Of a stretch of DNA of 64,000 bases, positions 38,287 through 47,529 are shown in pieces (the first letter of the stretch is position 1; every line of letters starts with the position of its first letter). The stretch is from Thermomicrobiales bacterium. GTDB lineage: Bacteria > Chloroflexota > Chloroflexia > Thermomicrobiales > UBA6265. The position numbers and the translations under genes were made by a program. The stretch covers positions 20,804 to 84,803 of the forward strand of contig JAXLWT010000022.1 of NCBI GenBank assembly GCA_046328375.1, written 5' to 3'. Under the pieces are notes generated by a model, which saw nothing but the letters and a program-made list of their open reading frames with translations, did no database searches and was not told the origin of the DNA.

Positions 38287-38318
38287 CTCGCGGCGCTCCG
38301 GCTAAGGAGCGCCGCGAG
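38287..38318 (+). terminator. Stem-loop terminator candidate
   Basis: CTCGCGGCGCTCC-GGCTAA-GGAGCGCCGCGAG, a perfect 13 bp stem. Confidence 0.6.
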
Positions 38319-38398
38319 CGGCGGCACAGCAACCAGATGCAACCCTGTTCGTCATTTCCCACCCGCTTTCCACGCACTACGAATCTGGAGACTCGGCT

Positions 38399-39835
38399 GT
38401 GGATGGTTCGCACTTTGATCACCTCACCAAAGCGTGCCGTACGCTGAAAACACGCCGCACGGTGACCCAGGTGCTGGCTGCAATCCTGGCAAGCGGGACT
38501 ACTCAGGCTGCCCATGTCGATGCCAAACGCAAGAAGCACAAGAAGCCGTGCAAGGCGCCAAAGCAGAAGTGCAGCGGCAAGTGCCTGTCGGTGCTGACCG
38601 ACGACCGCAACTGTGGGTCATGCGGGACCCGCTGTGGCGACGGCCAGAGTTGCAAGAATGGCAAGTGCACGGGCGGCTCGACTCCACAGGACTGCCTTCC
38701 CGGCGAGTGCTGTGAGGACAACCAGGCTTGCGGCACAGATGGTCGATGCCGGGGTGGGGTGTGCCAGCCGAAGCCCACCTGCCACGCCCACGGCGAGACC
38801 TTCCCCGCCACGGACACCACGCCGTGCTGCAGCGAGAACACGGCCAGCAATGCCGGAACCACCGGCGTCGAAATCACCTGCCTCCCCGGCGAACTGGGGA
38901 ACCCGTGCCTGGCCGATGGCGATTGCCGGAGTGGGAGCTGCATCGGCTACCAGTGTGTGGGCTGCTCGGCCGGCGAGGGGGTGTGTAACGGCCGTTGCGT
39001 CTCGCTGAGTTCCCAGAGCAACTGCGGCGCCTGTGGGAACGCGTGCGCACGGGGATCGTATTGCCAGGGCGGGTCCTGCGCATTGCGGTACGTACTGGAC
39101 TTGCAGTGGCCGGTAAGCGCCTGCGACGACGTGTACTCCACCAGCGACGGAGCGGTGTTCATCGCCTTTAGCGGGCAACACTGCGTGCGGGACTACAGCG
39201 GGACAGGCCAGGTTCGGCGCACCTACGGCGTTTGCGGCACACCGGGGACAGACAACTCGCATTTAAAGAACCCCCGCGCGGTCGCGGCGGACGCCTTCTA
39301 TGTCTACGTGGCGGATTACGACAACGATCGCATCCAGATCTTCTCTCGCACCGTGAACTCCAGTGCCATCGGCAGAATCGGCAACGGGAGCGGAAATGGG
39401 AACAACCAGTTCAGAGGACCGAACGACATCGCGTTTGACGCCGACGGGAACATCTATGTCGCGGATTACGTCAATGATCGCGTCCTGAAATTCAGTGACG
39501 CTGGCGCCCACCTGCTGACCTTTGGCGGATCAGGCACTGGCAATGGTCAGATCCAGGGTGCGACGGGTGTTGCCGTCGACGGTCATGGCAACGTGTACGT
39601 CTCGGACCGGATCGGGATCCGGGTCCAGAAGTTCGACAGCGCCGGTCATTTCCTGGACAAGTACGGCACGCTCGGGCACGCGCCGGGAGAAATCAACCTG
39701 CCGCTGGATGTTGAGAGCAACGGCGACGTGTTCATCGAGATTACTTCAATGGACGACCAGCAGCGCGCAACTGGAATCTGGTCCGTATCTTCGAAGCCAG
39801 CTAACGGGCCAGCTGTCCCACGTGGACGCCAATGA
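38399..39835 (+). CDS. Tat leader / polybasic spacer / Cys-rich repeats / NHL-repeat beta-propeller protein (3' end apparently frameshifted)
   Basis: GTG start: MDGSHFDHLTKACRTLKTRRTVTQVLAAILASG...AKRKKHKKPCKAPKQKC. Repeats NCGSCGTRCGDGQSCKNGKC and NCGACGNACARGSYCQGGSC. NHL blades YVYVADYDNDRIQIF, IYVADYVNDRVLKF, VYVSDRIGIRVQKF. A further blade (NLYIADVNYGVVRY) lies in another frame up to 39905. Confidence 0.8.
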   Translation: MDGSHFDHLTKACRTLKTRRTVTQVLAAILASGTTQAAHVDAKRKKHKKPCKAPKQKCSGKCLSVLTDDRNCGSCGTRCGDGQSCKNGKCTGGSTPQDCLPGECCEDNQACGTDGRCRGGVCQPKPTCHAHGETFPATDTTPCCSENTASNAGTTGVEITCLPGELGNPCLADGDCRSGSCIGYQCVGCSAGEGVCNGRCVSLSSQSNCGACGNACARGSYCQGGSCALRYVLDLQWPVSACDDVYSTSDGAVFIAFSGQHCVRDYSGTGQVRRTYGVCGTPGTDNSHLKNPRAVAADAFYVYVADYDNDRIQIFSRTVNSSAIGRIGNGSGNGNNQFRGPNDIAFDADGNIYVADYVNDRVLKFSDAGAHLLTFGGSGTGNGQIQGATGVAVDGHGNVYVSDRIGIRVQKFDSAGHFLDKYGTLGHAPGEINLPLDVESNGDVFIEITSMDDQQRATGIWSVSSKPANGPAVPRGRQ

Positions 39836-40115
39836 CAACCTGTACATCGCGGACGTCAACTACGGCGTGGTGCGCTACCGCCTGTTGGCCAGTTCACCCT
39901 CCTGACAAGCGCACCTGGTGAAAGAGTCCGGAACACGGCCCTTTCGTCCGCCAGGAACCAAGGTATGCGACGACGAGGGCTGCTGGGGTGACTCGGGCGA
40001 TCAGGAATCCGTTCTTGATGAGGGCTGATCGCCCAGCCGAGACACACAAACACCCCGGCGTGGTAGCGCCGGGGCGTTGCAGCACTCGATGTCAGCGGAT
40101 TTCCAGTCCCATCCT

Positions 40116-40520
40116 CTACTCCCGATTGGTCGCCGTCTTCCACATAGCGCGGAATTTGGCGGCCTGGCCGGCAGTGCGGATCATCGGTTTCACCGCCTCT
40201 TCGGTCATGAACTCCGTGGTGCCGCGCAGGCGCTTGGCCGTCTCCAGGAATTCCGAGAGGATCGGGATCAACTGGTCCTTGAGGACGACGATCAGGAAGA
40301 TCAAACCGCCGGCGATCCCGGCCAGCGCGATGGTGACCAACAACAACTGGAAGATCAGGAAGATGATGGCGATGTCACGCAGGCGCTCAAGCGGCGCTTG
40401 ATCCACACCACCCAATTGGTACAGGCCATAGACGATGCCAACGACGATCAAGCCCAGGACGAGGACGATGAGAATCGCCCACCATTTCCATCTGCCAGTA
40501 TCGACGCCGTTTTCCTCCAT
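40116..40520 (-). CDS. Small membrane protein (DUF948-like, tentative)
   Basis: ATG at 40520 gives MEENGVDTGRWKWWAILIVLVLGLIVVGIVYGL..., two TM segments and then a helical tail. Confidence 0.5.
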   Translation of the reverse strand: MEENGVDTGRWKWWAILIVLVLGLIVVGIVYGLYQLGGVDQAPLERLRDIAIIFLIFQLLLVTIALAGIAGGLIFLIVVLKDQLIPILSEFLETAKRLRGTTEFMTEEAVKPMIRTAGQAAKFRAMWKTATNRE

Positions 40521-40618
40521 GCCGGGGCCTATCTCCTGCACGCATTCCGCCTTCCCACTGGCCACGCATCGTAGCATGGCGCAGCCGAGCCACTTCTCGC
40601 TTACGTCAGCCGGGCTGC

Positions 40619-41854
40619 TTACCTTGTGTCGCCGGTCGTGACCGCACGAATTGTGCCGCCGCCAAGCACCTCATCTCCCCGGTACAGCACCAGCGCCTGG
40701 CCCGGAGAGGCCACCGGGCCTGCCCCGGTGAACTCGACGGCCAGCGAGTGGCTGCCCGGATCACCAGGGATGATGGTGGCGGGGGTCTGCGCCCCGCGGT
40801 AGCGCACCATGGCCTCGGCTACGAACGGAGCATCTGGCCACTCCCCGGAGATGAGACTCACGCTGTCCACCTCGATGCGCCGGGCAGCGGCCTCGTCACG
40901 TGAGCCGACCACCACGCGGTTCGCGGCGGGCTCCAGGCGGATAACGTACAGGGGGTCCTTGCGCGCGATCCCCAGCCCGCGCCGCTGTCCCACGGTGTGG
41001 TGCACCAGCCCGTTGTGTGCGCCGATGGCCACGCCGGCGGTATCCACCACCTCACCCGGCACCGTGACGTCGGGACGCCGCTTCGCCACGAACTGGGCGT
41101 ACGACTGATTGCCGACGAAGCAAATCTCCTGGCTCTCCGCCTTCTCCGCCACCGGCAGATCAAAGGCGCGAGCCAGGGCACGCGTCTCCGTCTTGTGCAG
41201 GCCACCAAGCGGGAACTGGATAAACCCCAACTGCTCCTGGGTCAGGGTGTACAGCACATAGCTCTGATCCTTGCGCGGATCCACCGCCCGGAAGAGTCGA
41301 TGGGGCTCGCCCAACGCGGCATCGCCCGCGACCACGCGTGCGTAGTGCCCGGTCGCAAGGCAGTCCGCGCCGATCATCTTCGCGCGCTCGACCAGGTGCC
41401 GGAACTTCACATGCCGGTTGCACTCCAGGCAGGGATTCGGCGTGCGGCCAGCCGCATACTCATCCACGAAACGCTGCACGACTGCCTCACGAAACTCCCC
41501 TTCCATATTGATGGCGTAGAAGGGAATCCCAATGCGGGCGCACGTGGCGCGGGCATCGTCCATGGCCGGGATACCGCAGCAGGGATTCGCGCGGTGGTCA
41601 GGATCGTCCGGGGAAAAGAGGCGCAGGTTGATGCCAACGACGCGGTAGCCTCGCTCGCGCATCAGCAGCGCCGTCACCGCGCTGTCGACACCGCCGCTCA
41701 TCGCCACGACGCAGGTTTTGCCCGCGCCATCGCGCGGTCCGATCCGTTCCGGAGTAAGGAGCGTGGCGATATCGGGCCTGTCCAGCTCGGGAATTGAGAG
41801 AGTTGGGAACTTCACGGGGAATGGGGCTCCAATAGGTAGAAGGCAGAGCGTCAA
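40619..41854 (-). CDS. mnmA: tRNA 2-thiouridine(34) synthase MnmA
   Basis: PP-loop VVAMSGGVDSAVTA and conserved Cys contexts (NPCLECNRHVKF, CLATGHYAR). The start codon is uncertain (TTG at 41854). Confidence 0.9.
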   Translation of the reverse strand: MTLCLLPIGAPFPVKFPTLSIPELDRPDIATLLTPERIGPRDGAGKTCVVAMSGGVDSAVTALLMRERGYRVVGINLRLFSPDDPDHRANPCCGIPAMDDARATCARIGIPFYAINMEGEFREAVVQRFVDEYAAGRTPNPCLECNRHVKFRHLVERAKMIGADCLATGHYARVVAGDAALGEPHRLFRAVDPRKDQSYVLYTLTQEQLGFIQFPLGGLHKTETRALARAFDLPVAEKAESQEICFVGNQSYAQFVAKRRPDVTVPGEVVDTAGVAIGAHNGLVHHTVGQRRGLGIARKDPLYVIRLEPAANRVVVGSRDEAAARRIEVDSVSLISGEWPDAPFVAEAMVRYRGAQTPATIIPGDPGSHSLAVEFTGAGPVASPGQALVLYRGDEVLGGGTIRAVTTGDTR

Positions 41855-41927
41855 AACACGATGAACGCCGCCGGCACGCCTGATGAGGCGTGCCGGTGGA
41901 CCACGACCATCGAATTGTAGTTGCGTG

Positions 41928-42617
41928 CTAGATCTTGTTGGCGCGGATCACATAGCGGTGGAGGTATTCACCCGCCACGGCATCGAACTCACCGCCACAG
42001 GTAATCAGCGTCAGCGATTCCTGGCCTGTGTCCCCAACGACCTGGGTAGCAATCACTTCCGGCGTCAGTTCCGTTTGCACGTTGAAAAGCTGCGTCCACT
42101 CGACGGCGTACTCGATCTGCTCACCATCGTCGCCGATCACACGCAGAATGTCTCCAGGCTGCAGGCTGGGCACGCCCTGGAAGATGGCCGGGCCAACGTC
42201 CCAGTAGTCGACATGGCCAGCCATGACCACGTTGCCGCCCTGCCCCACCTTGCCGAGTTGCGAGTACCAGGTGACGACCCACGGGCCACTGGGATCCTGC
42301 ATCACGCCGTCGACGATGGAGCCGTCTTCAACCGGCGCGTCCAGCCCGATGCTGTCCGCCTGAAGCTCCACCGGCGTGAATCCGGCCGCTCGCGCTGGCG
42401 CGGATTCCTTGACCTTGCTCGCGCCCAGGACCACCGGGCCCGGACGACGGCCACCCATGGAGGGGACTTCCGACAGAACTTCCTGCGATTGAGCCTGGGT
42501 ACCGTCATCTTGCGCGGAGACACCGGCCAGCGGCAAGAGCAATCCCAGGAGTAGCGCCAGGGTAACCAGGATCCCGAGGATGCGGTACGACCTGGCCGTG
42601 CGCGAACGCTGCTTCAT
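41928..42617 (-). CDS. Sortase-family transpeptidase (class E/F-like)
   Basis: ATG at 42617 gives MKQRSRTARSYRILGILVTLALLLGLL (membrane anchor). Catalytic contexts VVMAGHVDYW and LTLITCGG, then the Arg region HRYVIRA. Confidence 0.75.
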   Translation of the reverse strand: MKQRSRTARSYRILGILVTLALLLGLLLPLAGVSAQDDGTQAQSQEVLSEVPSMGGRRPGPVVLGASKVKESAPARAAGFTPVELQADSIGLDAPVEDGSIVDGVMQDPSGPWVVTWYSQLGKVGQGGNVVMAGHVDYWDVGPAIFQGVPSLQPGDILRVIGDDGEQIEYAVEWTQLFNVQTELTPEVIATQVVGDTGQESLTLITCGGEFDAVAGEYLHRYVIRANKI

Positions 42618-42912
42618 AGTGCGCGATCGACCTCCGAATACAACACGGTACAAGAACTTCTGTCATCCGTCGCGCGGACGACGGCGTGCAGTCTGGGGGC
42701 GAGCCCGCCCATCATACAACGCGCCTCCGGCGGAAAAAGGGTCAGAAGCGTCCGTTCTCCGCGACGATTGTCCTCAATGGTAAGGTACGGCACAGAACGG
42801 CTGGCTGGATCACTGAGGAGAGCGCAGCGTGGATCGCGAAGCCCTGCACGGTACCCGGATGGTGGAGCGCGAAGCGCAACTGCCCACGGTGAAATCGAAG
42901 GAAGCGATCCAG

Positions 42913-43989
42913 ATGAATCTGGAACATGGTCTGCCCTCGGCAGCCAGCATCCAGGATCGCACTATCCCGCTCTTCAACCGCACCGGGCTGCGTTTTCACC
43001 ACTCTGGGACCTTTGCTTCCCGCCCATTCCTGCAGGACATGAACGACCTCGGTGGGCAAGATGTCGCCATCGTCGGCGCGCCGTTCGATGGCGGCACCAC
43101 GTATCGCTCCGGCACGCGCTTCGGGCCGCAGGCCATGCGTGCCATCTCCGCGCTCGGCACTGGCTACAACTTCGAGATGGGCGTCGATCTCTGGGAGTCG
43201 CTGGACATCATCGATGTCGGCGACATCTCGGTGATCCCGGCAAACATCGAAAAGACATTCGACCAGATTGACAAGGCGATTGGGTACATCCACGAGCGGG
43301 CCGTCTTCCCGGTCGTCCTCGGCGGCGATCACTCCATCGGCTATCCGGACATCCGTGGCATTGCGCCCCAGATCGACGGCAACGTTGGCATCATTCACTT
43401 CGACCGCCACTCAGATCTCTCGGAGTACAACCTCGACGAGCGGATGCACGGCACCCCCTTCTTCCACGCCACCAATATCCCGAACGCGCCCGCCACGAAC
43501 CTCGTCCAGATTGGCATTGGCGGCTGGACTGGCAGCCGGGCGGGCGTCGGCATTGCCCGCGAGCGGCGCGCCTCGGTCATCACCATGACCGATGTCGATC
43601 GCTGGGGGCTGGAACGCGTCTGCGAGCTGGCGCTGGAGATTGCCTGGAAGGACGCGAAGGCGGTCTTCCTCTCTTTCGATATCGACTGCATCGACCCGGG
43701 CTTTGCGCCTGGTACCGGCACGCCAGAAGCTGGCGGCTTCACGCCGCGCGAGGTGTTCAGGATGCTGGACATCATCGTGCGCGAGGGGCTGGTGGGCATG
43801 GAAGTCGTCGAAGTGGCGCCCCCCTATGACGTGGGCGATGTGACGTCCCTGCTCGGCGTGCGCGTGGTCAACAACGTTCTCGGCACGCTCGTCAATGAGG
43901 GCAAATTGGGCACCCGCCCGGACAGCTCGGTCAAGAGTGATCCCCAGGTCAACGCCGCGCAGGCGGATGAGGGGAACGTCGGCGGATAG
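42913..43989 (+). CDS. speB: Agmatinase/guanidinobutyrase-type ureohydrolase
   Basis: ATG at 42913 with GAAGGAAG upstream. IVGAPFDGGTTYRSGTRFGPQAMR, GGDHSIGYP, IIHFDRHSD, SFDIDCIDPGFAPGTGTPEAGG. Confidence 0.85.
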   Translation: MNLEHGLPSAASIQDRTIPLFNRTGLRFHHSGTFASRPFLQDMNDLGGQDVAIVGAPFDGGTTYRSGTRFGPQAMRAISALGTGYNFEMGVDLWESLDIIDVGDISVIPANIEKTFDQIDKAIGYIHERAVFPVVLGGDHSIGYPDIRGIAPQIDGNVGIIHFDRHSDLSEYNLDERMHGTPFFHATNIPNAPATNLVQIGIGGWTGSRAGVGIARERRASVITMTDVDRWGLERVCELALEIAWKDAKAVFLSFDIDCIDPGFAPGTGTPEAGGFTPREVFRMLDIIVREGLVGMEVVEVAPPYDVGDVTSLLGVRVVNNVLGTLVNEGKLGTRPDSSVKSDPQVNAAQADEGNVGG

Positions 43990-44009
43990 ACAACGGGGAA
44001 GACACCGTC

Positions 44010-45599
44010 ATGCCAGGGACGCGCGACAACGTCGTCACGCTCAAGCGCCGTGATCTCCTCCGCTCCGTCCCGTTCGTGCTGCCGGCGCTGAAAGCGGCTC
44101 CCGCGTCCACCGCGCCGGCCGCGGCTCCTGCGGCCGGTATGAACGTGATCCTCTTCCTCTCGGATCAGGAGCGGGCGATTCAGCACTTTCCTGACGGCTG
44201 GGAGTCGGCGAACCTGCCCGGCAGCACGCGCCTGCGAGAGCACGGGCTCTCGTTCGAGCGCGCGTTCTGCAACACCTGCATGTGCTCTCCCAGCCGCGCC
44301 ACGCTTTTCACCGGCCTCTTTCCTGCCCAACATGGGGTTACTGACACCCTCTCTTTCGGGACCCGCTTCTCCGCCAGTGAGCGCGTACTGCCACGCGACC
44401 TGCCGAACATGGCGACCATGTTCGACGCTGCGGGATACGAGGTGGCCTACAAGGGGAAGTGGCACCTCAGCAAGCCGTTAGCGGCGCCGGATGACCCCGC
44501 CGCCTGGTCCCCTGGTGACCTGGAGGTGTATGGCTTCGGGCGTTGGGACCCGCCAGACGCCGGAGAGAACCGGCATGTGAGCCAGTTCGGCGGCGGGACT
44601 GCCGACAACGACGGCCGCATCATGACTGGCGAACGCAGTGCTGTCGGCCAGGAAGGAGCGCTGGCCTATCTCCAAGACGTCGCAGACCGCCAGCAGCCCT
44701 TTTTTCTCGTCGTCTCACTGGTCAACCCGCACGATGTCCTTGCCTACCCCCAGATCTGGCAGGACGGCGGGTACGACACAACCGACTGGCTAGATGGAGA
44801 CATCCCCCTCCCCGCCACAGTGGACGAGGACCTGGCCAGCAAACCAGCTGCCCAGTTGCAGTTCCTGCGCCGGCTCAACTTCGGCCTCGGTCCACTACGC
44901 GATGCGGCTGATCGCCAGAACTATGTCAATTTCTACGGCAACCTGATCAAGGCAACAGACGCCTGGTTGGTGCAGTTGCTGGACACCCTGGACGACCTGG
45001 GGCTCCGCGAGAACACGCTCATCGTGCGCACCTCCGATCATGGCGAGATGGGGATGGCGCATGGCGGCCTCCGCCAGAAATCGTTCAATGTCTATGAGGA
45101 ATCACTGCGCGTGCCGCTGATCTTCTCCAACCCGCGGCTCTTCCCGGAGCCGCGCCAGAGTGACGCCCTGGTCTCGCACGTCGATCTGCTGCCGACGCTC
45201 GCCACCCTGATCGACTCGCCGGCTTCAGCGCGCGCCGCCTGGCATGGGGTTGATTACTCCGCGCTGATCCTCGATGCGGAGGCCCCGCCGGTGCAGGAGG
45301 AGGTCGTTTTTACCTACGATGATCTGCGCTGCGCCCAGAATGTGGCCCAGCTTGTGCCGCCACCGAACCGCATCATGGCCGTGCGCGAGGAACGCTACAA
45401 ACTGGCCCGCTACTACGATGGCGATGGCGCCGTACCCGATCAGTGGGAACTCTACGACCTGGAGAGCGACCCGGAGGAGCGTGTCAACCTGGCCGCACCG
45501 GGATTCGCCGCCTCGCCGGAGCAGGACGCCACGCGGGCTCGGCTGACCGCCCGGCTGGAAGAAATCACCGCGACACGCCTGCAACCGCTCGCCAGATAG
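44010..45599 (+). CDS. Sulfatase (formylglycine-dependent)
   Basis: 529 aa. N-terminal RRDLLRS signal-like region, CSPSRATLFTG (CxPxR) motif and SDHGEMG. Confidence 0.85.
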   Translation: MPGTRDNVVTLKRRDLLRSVPFVLPALKAAPASTAPAAAPAAGMNVILFLSDQERAIQHFPDGWESANLPGSTRLREHGLSFERAFCNTCMCSPSRATLFTGLFPAQHGVTDTLSFGTRFSASERVLPRDLPNMATMFDAAGYEVAYKGKWHLSKPLAAPDDPAAWSPGDLEVYGFGRWDPPDAGENRHVSQFGGGTADNDGRIMTGERSAVGQEGALAYLQDVADRQQPFFLVVSLVNPHDVLAYPQIWQDGGYDTTDWLDGDIPLPATVDEDLASKPAAQLQFLRRLNFGLGPLRDAADRQNYVNFYGNLIKATDAWLVQLLDTLDDLGLRENTLIVRTSDHGEMGMAHGGLRQKSFNVYEESLRVPLIFSNPRLFPEPRQSDALVSHVDLLPTLATLIDSPASARAAWHGVDYSALILDAEAPPVQEEVVFTYDDLRCAQNVAQLVPPPNRIMAVREERYKLARYYDGDGAVPDQWELYDLESDPEERVNLAAPGFAASPEQDATRARLTARLEEITATRLQPLAR

Positions 45600-45607
45600 C
45601 GGCCAGG

Positions 45608-46054
45608 GTGCGGCAAGACGCATTGCGCCCGCGTTCCTGGCTCACGCCGGTGCTGGCCATCGTGCTGCTCGTGCTGATTACCGGCGGTCTCATCTGGTTC
45701 GCCGCCAACTCGTTGCTGGCGGGTCTCTGCGGCAGCACCGAGATCACCCGCCTGACCTCGCCCAACGGCCACCACGACGCTGTGCTGTTCGAGCACAACT
45801 GCGGCGCCACGACCGATTTCGCCACCCATGTGTCCGTGTTGCCGGCGGGCGCGCCTCTCGGAAATGACGCGGGCAACGCCTTCGCTGCAGAAGCGGATGA
45901 TCCGGGTCCACGCGCGCGATGGGGCGGACCATCAGTGGACGTGGCGTGGGCAGGGGACGACGTACTGGCGATCCGCTACGGCACGGAGGCAGGGGTTCTC
46001 CACCATTCGCCAGTGGTGGAAGGTGTCGCCATCCACGTCGAGCAGGCGCCGTAA
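45608..46054 (+). CDS. Hypothetical membrane-anchored protein
   Basis: In-frame GTG at 45608 after the sulfatase stop. It has one N-terminal TM (WLTPVLAIVLLVLITGGLIWFAA). No family recognised. Confidence 0.45.
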   Translation: MRQDALRPRSWLTPVLAIVLLVLITGGLIWFAANSLLAGLCGSTEITRLTSPNGHHDAVLFEHNCGATTDFATHVSVLPAGAPLGNDAGNAFAAEADDPGPRARWGGPSVDVAWAGDDVLAIRYGTEAGVLHHSPVVEGVAIHVEQAP

Positions 46055-46464
46055 CGCCGCTGCCCAGCGGTATCGCGATTTCCCTTCCGCATGTGGCGAC
46101 CGCTGTCTCGGCCACGCACTGACCACCGTCCAGTTCGACGTCGTGTCCTGTCGCGCAGGCAGTCGTCAGAGTGCTGCCCCCACGCTTGAGCTTCCACCCT
46201 CCCGGCGGATCACTCTGCCAACCATGACGCTTCGTTGATCACGTAACTGATTGGCAGAAACCTGCCATTCCCTGATTTGGACAGGTTTCTTACGCTGAAA
46301 TCGCGAGAGTGCATCGGCCCACTCCGCCCGGCGAAACGTCATGGCAGGCGGTGGCCTGGCTTCTGGCTGCCGACCAGGGCAGGCGGCCAATCAGCGTGCG
46401 CTTCGGGGCGACCAGGCCGGCCCACACCGCCCCGAATCCTGTGAGAACAACGAGGAGATACCAC

Positions 46465-47238
46465 ATGGACGGAAAGCAGTTCGATGATTTGGCCCGCGTC
46501 GCTGGAGACGTGATGCCCCGGCGCAGCGCGCTTGGCCGTGTGCTGGTCAGTGCGGCGGCCGTGATGATGGCGAGGCCGGGTCTGGCGAGCGCCAAACGCG
46601 GTGGCAAGAAAAAGAAGCGTTGTAGGAAGCTGACCCAGGGCTGCGGCGGCAAGCAAAAGTGTTGCAACGGGCTGACGTGTGCAAACGGCGCCTGCGCTTG
46701 CGCGGCGGGCACAGTTGCTTCGGGCAACGCCTGCGTACCGCAACAGCCCGGCCCCACCTGCGCGAGCGACGCCCAGTGTGGCTCCGGCCAGGTCTGCCAG
46801 GTGGGAACGTGCGTCCCAGCTCCGTCCGAGTGCGTCAAGGACGCCGATTGCAACTTGCCCGGCGCGAAGTGCGTGAACGGCACATGCGTGGTCAAAGTGG
46901 TCATTGAATGCGCGCAGAACAACGACTGCGGGCCGAACGAGGTCTGTGAAACCCGGCCGAACGGCCGTGTGTGCATCTGCCCGGACACGGAGGCCGGCCG
47001 CTGCATCCGGCGCTGCGAAAAGCAGTCGAACTGCCCTGGCGCCTGCTCCTGTCGCAATCACTTCCCGGAAGCGTCACCATTCATCGAGGATGGTATCTGC
47101 GTCAAGGAACCGTTCCTCCTCTGCGATGCGAAGACCTGTAATGGGGACAGCGACTGCAAGAGCAACGAGATCTGCATCGGCACAGGCTGCGGCTCGAACG
47201 GCACCGTCTTCAAGTGCTCGCCAATCTGCGTCGATTGA
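46465..47238 (+). CDS. Secreted Cys-rich repeat protein with Tat leader and polylysine spacer
   Basis: ATG at 46465 with GAGGAG upstream. MDGKQFDDLARVAGDVMPRRSALGRVLVSAAAVMMARPGLASAKRGGKKKKRCRK..., then repeated C-x2-D/N-x2-C-x2-G-x2-C-x2-G-x-C units. Confidence 0.8.
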   Translation: MDGKQFDDLARVAGDVMPRRSALGRVLVSAAAVMMARPGLASAKRGGKKKKRCRKLTQGCGGKQKCCNGLTCANGACACAAGTVASGNACVPQQPGPTCASDAQCGSGQVCQVGTCVPAPSECVKDADCNLPGAKCVNGTCVVKVVIECAQNNDCGPNEVCETRPNGRVCICPDTEAGRCIRRCEKQSNCPGACSCRNHFPEASPFIEDGICVKEPFLLCDAKTCNGDSDCKSNEICIGTGCGSNGTVFKCSPICVD

Positions 47239-47459
47239 GCGTACAGGTGGTTAGGTCCCTTGCGAACAAATGGCGTGTGATCGCCAGGCACCCCGCCGGT
47301 CACTCCCTGCCAGCGCCCCTCGCTTGTTACAGGATCACTCGTTCCGGAGCGCGACGCCTGATCGATTCCGCGAACCCGCAACGGCTGACTGCGGGCGTCT
47401 GACGCCGTTATCTTGCTGATCGGGTAGTACGCACTTTCGTATAACTCTGGCAGCACTAT

Positions 47460-47474
47460 TGGCACGAATGTTGC
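47460..47474 (+). promoter_or_regulatory. Sigma-54-type -24/-12 promoter-like element
   Basis: TGGCACGAATGTTGC matches TGGCACG-N4-TTGC exactly. It lies 55 nt upstream of ATG 47530. Confidence 0.35.
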
Positions 47475-47529
47475 GAACCTTTGCGTAACGAGGCTGTGCT
47501 GGCAGCCCACGTACAAGGAGGCTCACGTC

